Assembly: GCF_009914755.1 (NCBI RefSeq) | Contig: NC_060930.1 | Origin: the human T2T-CHM13v2.0 reference genome, Homo sapiens | Strand: one strand, 5' to 3' | DNA length: 64,000 nt | Shown: piece by piece, positions 14,483 to 27,960 of the stretch | Numbering within the stretch: position 1 is the stretch's first letter | How the letters are laid out: every line of letters begins with the position of its first letter | Made by a program: the position numbers and the translations under genes | Notes under the pieces: generated by a model | Databases searched by the model: none | The model's input: the letters and a program-made list of their open reading frames with translations, nothing else | Told to the model about the DNA's origin: nothing

Positions 14483-14722
14483 CAATTGACCCTTGAACAA
14501 CACAGGCTTGAACTACACGGGTCCACTTTTACGCAGATTTTTTTCAGCCAAGTGTGGATTGAAAATACAATATTGGAGGGATGCAAAACCCTTATATACA
14601 GAGGGCAGACGTTTTGTGTACTAGGGCTCCTCAGGGCTGACGCGGGGAACCTCAGCATACATGGATTTTGGTATATGCAGGGGTCCTGGAACCAGTCTTC
14701 TGTATATACCAAGGGATGACTG
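14483..14722 (-). mobile_element. MER8 (TcMar-Tigger MITE)
   Basis: Termini caattgacccttgaac / aagggatgactg, 240 bp, TA on the left flank. Confidence 0.85.
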
Positions 14723-14981
14723 CATTAAGGCATATCTCTCTGTATGTGAATATATATAAAGCTCTATATACATACATCTCACACTTAGAATACTAGAACA
14801 GAGCTTACACCACAATTAATAATGTTGTAACTAAATCAAAAATTCTGGGAGTGGGGTCTGAGCATTGGTATTAGTATTTTAAAAATCTCTGCATGTGATT
14901 AATATGTAGCCAGTTTTGAATATCATATTTCTATCCCAATACTTAGCTTCATGGTGATCAGAAGCCCTGGAACCCTAGTTG

Positions 14982-15160
14982 AGAGGTTTTCAGCCTTAGT
15001 TGCATAGTAGAATCATCTGGATAGCTTTTAAAAATCCAATTGTTCAGGCTACACCCCAGACCAACTCTGTCAGAATCTCTGGGGCATAAGGGCACAGGTC
15101 ATCAGTATTGTTTTTAAGCTTCTTAGGCAATCCCACTGCAGTCAAGTTTGAGACCCACTA
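14982..15160. mobile_element. MER5-type hAT MITE
   Basis: tagaatcatctggatagcttttaaaaat...caccccagacc...agtttgagaccc; 8-bp TSD-like ccctagtt/ctctagtt. Confidence 0.75.
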
Positions 15161-18100
15161 CTCTAGTTATTTGACATAGATGACTGTATTACAGTCCCCT
15201 CATTTCCTCAGTGAGTTGAGCTCTACTCGGCATTTAGATCCTAGGGACCTAACATCACTTGTTGAAAACAAAAGGAAGACCTTTGACTCGTCTTAATGTG
15301 CAGGGAAGTCTGAAGATGGGTAGGAATGTGCAGCATGGCGCCAGTTGTTCTCTGTCTGTGCTGTTTGTCTGGAGGATTCAAGCCTCCAGCATGTCAGCCA
15401 GGCTCCTTTGGCCAGAATGCGCCTTCGTGCAAGAGTAGAAACCTCCTAGGCATGTGATCGCTGGGCCAGGAAAATGTCACCCATTGCCAGAAAAAAAACA
15501 GCTTTCCACGTAACTAGAGTGAATGGCACATGAAACCAATTTAGCCAGCGTGGTTGGAGAGGCATCAGAAGCATCAAAACATGGCCGCTCTGGAAGCAAT
15601 GTCTGAAGGGTGTACCTGGTAATGCCCACAGGTGCTGTGCAGGCACAGAACCTGCCTCAATTTTAAGAGCATGGAGCTGTCTGCCTGCTGCTCTGAGTCT
15701 GCTTTTGTAAAGGAGCATTAGCTTGCTGCAGAGAACAATTGGTTACAATCTGGGAAAGACAAGCAAAAATGGCAGCTATATTTAAACCAGAAAAATAGTG
15801 GATGGATGACAATTTCTAGTGACTTATACCATCAAATTAGACTTAGAAAACTTGTGGTGTGTTGGGAAAAATCTCAATCCTTTTTGCAAATATTTGGGAT
15901 TGAGGGAAGCTCTTAACAGACTTTGCTCATAGCTTTCTCTCCACAATTTTAAACCTATGTTTGTTTTAAGTAAAGCTTAATCCATGTGTTTCTGATTCCT
16001 TTAAGCGTAACTCATCAAAGTCTTTATTTTGGAAAAAAAATCCATTTAACGTTTAAGATGCCTTTGTTTTTTAGCCTTTTAAAGCATTTTCCCCTGTTTG
16101 AAAAGGGGCTCAGAGAGCACGTTTGCCAAGTTTAGAGCCCATTCAGTTGCTGTGAATGCAGATTTTTGACCACTGCACAGGATTTAGATTTCTTCGCACT
16201 CGCCAAAAATGTGACTTCCTGTTTGTTTTTTTAATACCTAAATCCTTTTTAAAATTGAATTTGGAACTCTCAATGAACCCTGAATGCAGCAGATCTGCCC
16301 ATCCTTAGACTTTTTTCTCTCTACTATGGAGTTTGTTCATGCATTTATATTATAGTCTTTCTAGCTCTTCGGAACAATTTCTGTTTGTGTTGCTTAGTAA
16401 CAAAAGAAAAATATTTTGAGCATGTGATAGCACCTTTTATCAAGGATCTAAAAGTTGGCTTCCAAACATGAGCAGAGAGCCATGACAACATGAGTCTTAG
16501 ATGCCCCATGGTGAATGCAGAACTTAATTTGGAGGAATAAGAAAATGAGAAGTAAGAATGTAAAAGGAGAATGTCTGAACTGAAAGCAGGCCAAATGGGT
16601 CTTTAGGAACCCAATAACTGTTTTCTCATAAATTGCTTAAGAAAACCAGTTAGATGTCTCTGTTTCCTCTATATCTTTGAACAAGAGGAAAAGGGAACTG
16701 GATTTGTGAATGGGCTGAGTTAAGGTTGTATTGAAGTAATGCAAAACCACCTAATAAAAACTAAAGAAATATTAGTCATACATGTCTGTCTGCATAATGC
16801 CATATTACCTGCTATTTGCAATACCTTTCTTTATTAATTTTATTAATTCTAGATGCCACATTCAGATCATCAGAAAGGGGAGAAACTTCAGCTCAAGAAT
16901 TTTTCATCAATCGTCTTCAGTAAGCTGAAATAAATATTATTTTCATGGATCCTGAAAACAGATATAAAATTTGACCCCTGGATGAGTAATTTGGTCAACA
17001 GCATCTTTTGTTGTTGATTGTTATTTGATGATGTGGGGGCATTTATACAGGAATTAAAGTCATCGTTCTTGCCCTTGAAGAACTTACAATTAGGAGAGTT
17101 TGTAAAGTTTCACTACCAACTACAAAATACAGGAACAAGATATTCATCCATAAAAATGACAGATGTTCAAGCAACTCAGTATTTGTGGGGTTAAGGAGGA
17201 AGAATATTAGCAGATAAAATTAAGAGCCAGGACACCCCGGTAAACAATAGGTATGATTTTTCACACAATAAAGTTTCACTTTTAGAAAAGCAAGATAGAA
17301 TCTAAATCCTTTAATTTTATACAAATAGTCCCACATTTGACATTTAAAGAAAAAAAACAAGTTGAATATTGCAGTGGAGAAAGGTACAGTATAAAAATTG
17401 TTATTGGTAGCTTGAGTTTATTTTCTATAATAAGATTCAACATCAACTATATCTACTTAAATGGGACCAAAACATTTGTATTACACTGATCAATTTTTAA
17501 GTGAATGTTATGTAGACCATTTATTAGAATGGTCTTTTATTTGATACAATGTATAAATACATTTCCTTATTTTATTTTATTCTGTTTTATTTGAACAGAT
17601 GATTTATCTCATGGCTGGGCCCTTAAAATGTCAGTGATTAATACAAACTGCAGTTACCTCTTAAAGAATATGCAGCCACTTTATTAATGAGGAAGAAAAT
17701 CAAATATTTTTAAGGGAAGACTCTGAGTATTTTTCTTGAGTGGCTAATCCTAATTCAGTTTGCCTTTCAGTTTCCTTTTCTACAAACCAGGGCTGTCACT
17801 TGCTGGAAAAGACACGTGGAAAGGATGAATGCTTGAAAAAGAAATTTGAACACCAGAGTCATCAGAATCATTATTCCTAAGAAATTGGTTGCCATTTGAA
17901 TTCTGCATTGCCTGGCAAGACCAGGGAAGCGGATGCATCTGGCTTAACACAATGAGTGGTAACCAACATCATAGGAGATGTACATAGCTTCCCTAGGCCA
18001 TTGTGCATGTTGCCTACCACAGTCCCTTATGGCACCAGCCACATCTTAAATGAGAGCCACTGTGTAATTATAACATGACCAGGGTCTACCTGTTGGGATG

Positions 18101-18689
18101 GGGCACTGTGTTCTTACACCCACCACCTTAGGGTAAGCCTAAGAGGGATTCCAGCACGAATGTACATCTTTCAGAAGAAAAAAAATATTAAGCAAGAAAA
18201 GAAAGGTAACATGTCAAATTTGGGTTTTAGTTTGCATCCATTCAAGTGATTAACAAATTCTTATTCAGTACTCATCAGATGCCAAGCACCATCCTAGGTG
18301 AAGTGGGTACATTGGAGGGCAAAGTTTCAGACCATATAAAACGAAATGATTTACTTAGGGTTTCTTTAATGAAATATGTGTTGGAGGAATATTGAACCAT
18401 GCCAAAGTCCTAAAAATAACTGCAACTAAGCCCAGTATATTTCTATTGCTCTATTTCTTGCAGAAATTAAACATAAAATCATCACCTAATAAAGACATGT
18501 GTTGCAAAGCACTCTCATAAATTAGAAGTTAAAATTAAAGCCGTATTTTGAGCAAGGCCATGTAGTATCAACTTGCTGTGGTCCAAAAAACCAGGTTCTG
18601 TTTCTAGCTCTATTCAGTGAATTTAGGTGAGTCACTCGATGTCATGGGGCCTTCATTCAAAGTAAAATGCGAATAATTGCTGCCCATCA

Positions 18690-19245
18690 GCAGCAGACAG
18701 TGTTGATTTATCGCTTGCTCTCACTCCTTTTTTCTCATAGTTAGTGCCAAGCCTGGCTGGGAAAAGCATAGTTAGCTTTGACAGACTCTATAATAGAGAC
18801 AGGCCAGGCTTGCAGCTAGAGGTGACCATGTCATGTAGCAAATAGATGTAAATAGTGATGTAGGTACCCAGTGAGATATAGGATATAAGTAGGTGTCTGC
18901 TTATATCCTATGAAGGGGTGGAGAATTCCGGAAAATGTTTACTTTCCTGATAAAAGGAGACACACGTTTTAACCATTTTTTCCTTCTCTCTTCCTTGAAT
19001 GCAACTGTGATATCGAAAACATGACAACCATGTTGTGACCATGAGATGACAAGCAGGGGACAAAATCCATGTGCTAAAGACGGCCAAACGCATCTGGGAA
19101 GACACTACTGAGCAACCGAGTTGACTCCAGCAGTGACTGACCCTCCCCTCCCGATTTCCTGGCATGTGAGAAAAACGCCACCCACTCTCTATTTAGTTAG
19201 GTGCGTATTAGTCTGGGACTCTTTCTTGCCACCAAACAGACTGCC
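18690..19245 (+). mobile_element. MLT1J-type MaLR LTR
   Basis: cttgcagctagaggtgaccatgt...tttcctgataaaagg...accatgttgtgaccatgag...catgtgagaaaaa. Confidence 0.65.
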
Positions 19246-20236
19246 ATGGGGTGACTCTTCCTGAGTTTGTTTTAAGGACTGCACACAGAAATGACATCAA
19301 GTGTATATTTCACATTATTGATTTCATATTCTCATGCTACATATGAGAAACCTTGGGCTCAAAAAGGGTTAAGTGACAGAGTAGCGTTATCCCAGGTCTT
19401 CCAAACTGAGATATGTCTTACGATCATGCTTTATGACTTGCTCTCTGTTGAAGCATCCAGAGTATGTCAAAGCCCTTAGAATAACTCTAAACATCTGTCT
19501 AGTCCTTTAAAGTGTTCAATACATTTTCAAAAATTTCACCAAGTTTGATTCTCAGAGCAACCCAGTGAGGTAGATATTATTAATATCACCGTTGCATACG
19601 ATCATTTCCTTTCACTTCTTTCTCAGCCACTGCAGCCGCTGGGTGCAGCAATCCTGCCGTGACAAATGATCAGTTCCCACTCTTTTGATGAGCCCAAGCT
19701 CTTTCTTTGCTTCATGTTTCTGCCTTAGTCTGTCTCTACTCACCCCTTATAAAATTCTGTTTTAATTCAGTTGGGTACATAACCACAACATCAGAGAGGA
19801 TTTTGGCTGTCTGAAGCCAAGGAGCTCTGGAAATCTCACTAGAGAGGCTGTCTACATTGCCAAATAAACTTAAGAAAGGAAAAAATGCTTATAGTATTAG
19901 GCATGAAATGTGATTAGAGTGGTCCTGGCCAGAAACCACTTTTACAAAGGCAGTGCCACAGATTCTGAAAGAACTGCAGCTCGCTATTTTTTTTGTTTTC
20001 TATCAAACATGCTTACTTAGAGTAAACCTCTTTGCCTCATTTGAGCTAACTCAATTAAATCTTCCACTTGCACACAAAAACACACATTCACCCAAGTTGA
20101 TGACTGTAAAGTAATGCCACATGCACAAAATCAGCATTGGTTAGCTAGAAATGGATTCTACATGTAATGAAACTTGTCAATTCAATTTAGATATAGAGCA
20201 GAGAAGTAACTTTACTTAGAATCTATCCTATGAACT

Positions 20237-20399
20237 CTGGCTACTGCAACTGTGGTCTCTGGACCAGCAGCATCAATATTACCTTGGAGTTTGTTAGAAA
20301 TGCAGAATCTCAGGCCCCACTCCAGACCTACAGAGGGAAATGTGAATTTCAACAAGAGCCCTGGGGATGTGTATGCATGTAGAAGTTTGAGAAGAGCTG
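20237..20399. mobile_element. MER5A1-type hAT MITE
   Basis: tgtggtctctggaccagcagcatc...gttagaaatgcagaatctcaggccccactccagacctac...agtttgagaag. Confidence 0.85.
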
Positions 20400-20917
20400 C
20401 GTATCACATAGTTGCATTTGTTATGAGTGCACACAACCCAGTCTTTGTAGAGTGCATCCTTATCATTTTTTCTGTACCTCGTCTGTGGCATCTGAGGAAT
20501 TCCTGTAACAAAAATGCACTCCCTTCACCCTACATTTTTATTATTCAAAAGTGTTAATTGGTGTAGTATTACTCGCTTTACAGTGAATAAGTTTGAATGC
20601 ATCCACGTTGAACCCTGGTGGATGTTTCACTGTAGTATTTGTCTTATCTGGTTAGATTTGGATTTGAATTCATAACAGAATTTCTGAGATGACTGATCCT
20701 CAAGCACCACTCCAACTCGTAGTCAATTTAGAACATTATGTGAAAACGTGCAATAGGTGCTTATAACATAGCAGTACGTGAAAAAATGGCGTTGGAAGTA
20801 TTTTTGTTTGTCACATTTTATGATGTTATTGTTCGTACTCTTGAATCTACATTTCAGGAATGGTGGCAGGGTGGAGGGAGAAAGATGGACTATGGCAAAT
20901 TTTCCTCATAATTTCTT

Positions 20918-21242
<325 letters not shown>

Positions 21243-21539
21243 TAATTTCTTCTTTTAACAGCTATGTACAGGTTATCTACTAGGTTCCCACATTGGCCAT
21301 AGGAGGAGCATATAAGGAGACACAGTCTCTGTCCTGAAGCTACAGATAGTCATGTGGTAACCACTTGTGTGCAGCTTGACTCCAATGGCACCAGTCACAC
21401 TCCAGTTTATGTGAGTGGTGCTTTCGGGAGCTGCAGTCTTCCTGGAGTTGTGCAAACCGCAGTCAATAGTGAATAAGGGCAGAAATGTACTAGGAACTCT
21501 GGTAGCACAGTGGAGGGACACCTAATATGTACTGAGTGA

Positions 21540-21731
21540 AGTGTGAGTGTGTGTGTGTACAATGTGTGTTTGTGCATGTGTGCAAGAAGTGTGTGGGTAT
21601 GGTATGGGATATATGTGTGTAGGATATGTGAGGTGTATACACACACTTTGGGGTTGTGTGTGCATGAAGAGGGTGGGTATGATATGGTATATAATATATG
21701 TGTGCATGGATCTGTGGGGTATGTGCGCATT

Positions 21732-21764
<33 letters not shown>

Positions 21765-21925
21765 ATAAAGTGTATGAATATGGTGTGGCATATATGTGTG
21801 CCTGAATCTATGAAGTGCATGCACACCCTTCTGTGTGCCTGTGTGTGTGTGTGCATAAAGTGTGTGGCTATGGTATGGTAAATATGTGTGTCTGAATATG
21901 TGAAATGTGTGTGCACATGTGTGTG
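21540..21925. repeat. TG-rich simple repeat with a degenerate 80-100 bp higher-order unit and a pure (TG)n core at ~21736-21762
   Basis: Four related units starting gtgca(a/t)(g/a)aag at ~21580, 21660, 21761 and 21851. Confidence 0.85.
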
Positions 21926-22119
21926 TTGGAGAAAGAAATGGGAGCTTTGGCTTCAGGCAAAGTTTCTGGAAGTAGTGATGCCTGAACTCTTTTTATTCTG
22001 CTCCGGTCAGACATTCCTCCCCGTGTCCCAATGTAATTATACTTGCCAAGTCCCCATTGTCTTTGTCATTGTCACACCTGGTGGCTGATACTTAGTCTTT
22101 ACCGGATCTACCCACTGAA

Positions 22120-24040
22120 TTCCCATCTCAGGAAATAGCAGCTGCTTCGCTCACTTGCTCAGACTGCTAACCTAGGATTTATTCTCGATGCTCTTTCTCT
22201 CACACTCCCCATCCCATCCATCCACAGGTCCTGACAGTCTCACCTTCAGTATGTGTCCAGACCTGACCACCTCTCACAGCCTAAACTCCTACCACTGTCA
22301 ACAGCTGTCTGTTGTCTGCCTTGACACTATCAGAAAAACCTCCCAACTATTCTGCTCTGCCCTTGCCTTCCTTGAGTCTATTTTATACTCAGGCCCCAGA
22401 GTGGCCCCTTTAAAATCTAAATTTAATCATGTAATTCATCTACTCAGTATATTCCAGTGGTTTCCTCTTATGCTTAGAATAAAGTTCAAATTCCTTGCCT
22501 GTTTTCATCTAGGAGAAATCATTTTGTGAAACAAAGCCTTACCTTTGATTCTTCCTTTCCCTCAATTGCTTATTCAATAGGCCACTCAAATCCATAGCTT
22601 CTTCTTTTGTAATGCTTCTTGCATCCATATTCACCTTTCTCTGTCCACTGCTGTTACTTTGACCCAGGACTTTAATACTCCATGCCTGGTTAGTATGGCA
22701 TTGAAGTTGAGAACTCAGGTTCTGAACTGGGTTCTATGAGATAACTCTTTACTATGCGATAGTGAACATGCTATATAATCTGTCACAGTCTCGGTTTTCT
22801 CATCTGTCAAATGGATAGAGTAATGATATCTATCTCATGGAGTTGCTGGAGGATTAAATGAATTAATATACGTAAAACACTTGAGATAGCCCTGCCACAT
22901 TGTAAGCACTGTTATCAGCACCGGGTATTTTTATTATTAGTCTTTGCATAGCCTGCTATTGGTTCTCTCCGCCATCCAACTATTCTTTACAGCCTCCGAC
23001 TCCATCTCCACAATCTGCCTAAAAATACTCGCATCACGTTATCTTCTTGCTGAAGGTCAATAATGGGTGCCATTTCCTTTCGTTTACAGGAAAACTGCTC
23101 TACCTGGCTTTAGGGGCATCTGTAACTTGGTGCCATCCTGGATGGTCACTCATTTCTCACCACTCCCAAATGTCATTTGTGCTTTAGTTTCTATTCCAAG
23201 CACAGTGTGATGGAAAGAACCATAAAAATAAAAAGAAACAAAAAAAAGGAAGCATATCTTAACTGTCACAGAAGATCCAGTTTAGCCTCAGATAGACCTG
23301 GATTCCAATTCCAGCTCTGTGGGACCTGGAGCAAGTGACTTGAAAATCTCTTCAAGCCTCAATTTCTTCATCTGTAAAAACTTGAGAATAATAGTTCTAT
23401 ACAGTGTTGTGATGAGTACGAAATAAAATGATATATGTTAGCTGCTTCTAATCCTTCTTTGTAATGAGTCTGAATATAAATAAAATACATTAATTAGGTA
23501 AAATATTATGAATGGAATGTAAACAATGAGTTTGACACGTGGGCAAACAAATGGAATGTATGCAAAGGTACCTGGAAAGTATGCAAACACCTGGGGTGCA
23601 TGCAAAGCACCTGAAAGGCATGCAAGTTTATGAAATGCATGTGAAGAGTTGACATAAATTAGGCTAGCTCATTCCCATACCTTTCCTTAGAGAAAATGCT
23701 CCTTGCTTCAGGACATTCCTCTCAACCCTGCCTTCCCATCTTAAAAGTCCAACTCTGATTTTGACATTTGAGAGATGCCTTTTTCAACTCAGAGTTCTCT
23801 CTCTCTCTTTTTTTTTTCTTATAATATCTACAACATGCGTTGTCTAGACTGTTAGTTTGGGGTTTATTATGAACTGCCCTGCATTGTCAGTTAAATTTTT
23901 TATGTTTGCATGTTTAGTTTATTTAACTAAACTAGTGTGCTTTGTGAGCACAGAAACTATGCCTTTACATTCCCTCAGCATATAGACCAGAACTTTGCAA
24001 ACAGCAATCCCCAGGTTTATGTTTTTAATTTAATGTGCTA
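22120..24040 (+). mobile_element. Fragmented L2 tract with two inserted MIRs (~22690-22935, ~23200-23440)
   Basis: L2 text cccatctcaggaaat...cacttgctcag...aacctagga...; MIR cores ttttctcatctgtcaaatgg and aatttcttcatctgtaaaa. Confidence 0.65.
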
Positions 24041-24877
24041 TGGAAAAAAAGAACCTTTACCATGCTGACTTGTTAAGTGAATGACATGAACTCTTGGGCA
24101 TCTCTGCTCTTCTGTATAAGAAGTGTCATGCAACTCTGGATGGGACTGCTGGGCCTCTTGAAGCCATATTGCAAGTTCACCACCCAAGCAAAGAGTCTGG
24201 CCCCGGGCATCACTATCAGCATTTAAGCATTTGCTGAGGAAGGAAGCATTGCTGTTTCTGTAATGTGTTTGGACAGAAAGCTCAAGTTAGCTCAGGCCAC
24301 CTAAACATTATAATAGGATTACTTATAATACATCAAAACCTATGTGGTCTGCACTTGAAGTAAATAACAAGGCAAGTTAGGGCTCTATGTATGCATAACA
24401 TTTTAAACTAATAAAATCCATATAAACCCAAATCAAAGTTGCCAGATGAGGAAAGAGCAGGCAGTTTCTGGGGATTATTGAAAAAATCTTTTATCTATTA
24501 TTCATAGAGAGACTTACTCTTGCTGGATCCTATTTTTCTTGTAAGCCCACTCTAAATTCTCCCACTGAAGAGGAGGCAGTTATAATTTGTGCCTAGAACA
24601 ATCAGGCTTCACATGCTCCACATTGTACACCAGACTTACTCAGAGGAGCACAGTGCTGGGAATGGCTTGGGTGGTGAACTTGCAATATGGCTTCAAGAGG
24701 CCCAGCAGTCCCATCCAGAGTTGCATGACACTTCTTATACAGAAGAGCAGAGATGCCCAAGAGTTCATGTCATTCACTTAACAAGTCAGCATGGTAAAGG
24801 TTCTTTTTTTCCACAGCACATTAAATTAAAAACATAAACCTTGCATTTATATTTACCTTTCTCTTCCACTACTGTCA

Positions 24878-25035
24878 GTGGAAGCGGGAGGAACAGAAAA
24901 GATAACTATTGGGTACTGGACTTAATTCCTGGGTGATGAAATAATCTGTACAACAAACCTCCATGACATGAGTTTACCTTTATAACAAACCTTCACACAT
25001 ACCCCTGAACCTAAAATACGAGTTTTTAAAAAAAG
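24878..25035 (+). mobile_element. L1PA15/16-type 3' end
   Basis: gaaaagataactattgggtactggacttaattcctgggtgatgaaataatctgtacaacaaacc followed by an A-rich tail. Confidence 0.85.
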
Positions 25036-25541
25036 ACCTTAAAACTAAAAAAGGAAAAAAAATGGTGCTTATATGAATACTAGTAACAGCTACATTTATA
25101 GAACACTCTACCAAACACAATTCTTAGGCTACATATTATATTGCCTTAGATTCAACTGCATGAGATTCTTAGGCCAATTATGATAACTGCCTAATGAGAA
25201 TGTTTCTTGAAATAAGAAATGTTTTGGTGGCTGAGTCTTTGACTCATTGAGGACAAATGAATCCATGTGATTTCAAGCATTTTTTTTCTTACTTTGTTTA
25301 CTTTGAAGAAAGTATTTCAGTAAAACCTAATAACAATGGAGAACTTAGCCTTATGGTGGAATGAATGTATAAATTTTTGGAAACTGATTTTAAAATGCTC
25401 TGGCTTTGTATTAATTACTTGTATGTGGAGTTGGGAGGGGCAAAGGGGTATTGGCTAGACAGGAGTACAGGGAGCAGAAATGTATAATCTCTTGATTTTA
25501 GCCTCTTTGGTGGAACCTTAGGTCCTCGATTCAAGATGTTT

Positions 25542-26137
25542 ACAGTGTGGTGATTCCTCAGAGACCTAAAGACAGAAATACCATTCAATCCAGCAATCCC
25601 ATTACTGGGTAAATACCCAAAGAAATATAAATCATTATATCATAAAGACACATGCATATATATGTTTATTACAGCACTATTCAAAATAGAAAAGACATGG
25701 AACCAATCTAAATGCCTATTAGTGATAGACTGGATAAAGAAAATGTGATACATATATACCATGGAATACTATGCAGCCATAAAAAAGAACAAGATGATGT
25801 CCCTTGAAGGGACATGGATGGAGCAGGAGGCCATTATCCTCAGCAAACTAATGCAGAAACAGAAAACCTAATACCACATTTTCTCACTTATAAGTGGGGG
25901 CTAAATGATGAGAACACATGGACACATAGAGAGGAACAACACACAAAGGAACCTATCAGAGAGCAGACATTGGGAGGAGGGAGAGGATCAGGAAAAATAA
26001 CTAATGGGTACTAGGCTTAATTACCTGGGTGATAATCTGTACAATAAACCCCATGATGCAAGTTTACCTTTGTAACAAATTTGCACATGAACCCCTGAGC
26101 TTAAGATAAAAGTTAAAAAAGAGAAAAAAAGAAAGAA
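25542..26137 (+). mobile_element. 5'-truncated L1PA13/14-type element (~600 bp)
   Basis: ORF2 C-terminus and 3' UTR (cagcaatcccattactgggt, gaatactatgcagccataaaaaag); 9-bp TSD aagatgttt at 25533 and 26138. Confidence 0.93.
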
Positions 26138-26149
26138 AAGATGTTTCTT

Positions 26150-27960
26150 CTTTTCTAACATTTATGTATGTATGCTACAAATTTCCCTGAAGCATTGCTT
26201 TACCTGCGTTTTCCACAATTTGATATCTTGTGTTACTATTCTCATTTCATTCAAAATATTTTCCATTTCCTCTGTGAATTCTACACTAACCCATGAACTA
26301 CTTAGTGCTGTTTAACTTCTGAATAATTGGAGATTTTCCAGGTATTTTCCTGTTATTAATTTCTAGTTTAATTCCATTGTGATCAGAGAACATACATTGT
26401 ATGCTTTCAATTTCTTTGAATGTGTTTTGGTCATTCCTTAAATGGCCCAGAATATGATCTGTGGTCTATATTTTATGACTTGAAAGGAGTGTGTACTCTG
26501 CTGCTGCTGAGTGAAATGTTCTACAGATATCAACTAGGTCAATTTGGTTGATAGTGATGTTTAGGGCTTTTATATTCTTACTGAATATTATCTTCCTACT
26601 TTTTTTTATCAGTTACTCAGAGTAAACTATTGAGTCTTCAACTGTAATTGTGTATTTGGCTTTTTCTCCTTGTAGTTCTATCAGGTCTTCTTCAAATATT
26701 TTAAAGCTCTGCTAATAGGAGTGTTAGGTCTTTGTTATTAGTTGACCCTTTTATCATTAAGAAATGACCTTCTATATTACTTGTAATATTCTTTACTCAG
26801 AAATCTACTTTGTCTGATATTAGTACAGCCACTCCAGATTTCTTTTGATTAGAATTATTATGGTATATATTTTCCCATCTTTTACTGTTAACCCATTTGT
26901 CTTTATATTTAAAGTTAGTTTCTTGTCAGGTTTCACTTTTTTAAACCTAATCTGACAACCTGTATCTTTTAATTGCTATGTTTGAACCATTTATATTTAA
27001 TGTAATTACAGATATAATTGGGTTTAAATCACCTACTTTGATATTTGTTTTCCGGTGATCTCATCTGTTCTTTTTATCCTTTCTCCTGGTTTACAGCCTG
27101 CTTTTAGGTTAAGTATTTTTATAATTCACTTTAATCTTCACTATTGGTTTATAATTTATACATCTTTTAAAAATTATAAGTAATAGTTGCCTGAGGGTTT
27201 ACAATATACATATTTAATCAATTAAAATTTACCATCAAGGTTGTTCAGCTTCAAGTAAGATGTGAACTCTCTATAGCAATATATTTTGAATTCTACTTCT
27301 CATCTTCGTGCTATTGTTGCCATATATTTGTATTTCTTACGGGGTAAACCCGTAAGTACATTGCTAGTATTTTTGAGCTAGACAGTAACATCTTTTACAG
27401 TGATTAAAATGTTTAATGTCTTTTATATTAGTCTCCATTTAATCATTCCTAGAAATTTTTATTTTTTAGATCTAAATTTCTGTCTGCTATCATATTCATT
27501 CCGCCACAATAACTGCCTTTCATATTTCTTATAGTCAAGGTTTCCTGGAAATAAATTCTCTTAGTTTTGCTTACCCACAAATATTTATTTTACCTTCATG
27601 TTTGAAATATATTTTTACAGATTAAAGAAATCTAGATTGATGGCCTTTTTTAAAAACTCTTAACCTTTTAATGATGTCATTCCACTGTTTCCTGGCTTAC
27701 ATATTTTCTGACAAGAAGTCTCTGGTGATTCTGACCTTTGTTTCTTTGTTTGTAGTATGTCCATTTTCTCTGACTGCCTTCAGATTTGCTTTTAATTTTG
27801 GTTTCAGAAGTTTGAATATAGTATGCTTAGATACATGTATATGTGTGTGATGCTTTGTATTTATTCTTTTTGCAGTTCTCTGAGATTCTTAGATTGGTGG
27901 TTCATGTTTTTTTTTTCAGTTACTATGATTATTTTTCAGTTATTATGATCTCAGTAGATG
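26150..27960 (-). mobile_element. Old L1M (MC/MD-type), antisense ORF2 5' region
   Basis: T-rich strand with tttctagtttaattccattgtgatcagagaacatac, aggtcaatttggttgatagtg, aaatctactttgtctgatattagtacagccactccag. Confidence 0.8.

Noticed and set aside
21407-21916. 169-aa His/Thr-rich ORF and overlapping Cys/Val-rich ORFs
   Set aside because: Artefacts of the stop-poor TG/CA repeat. The same applies to the ORFs at 49331-49702.
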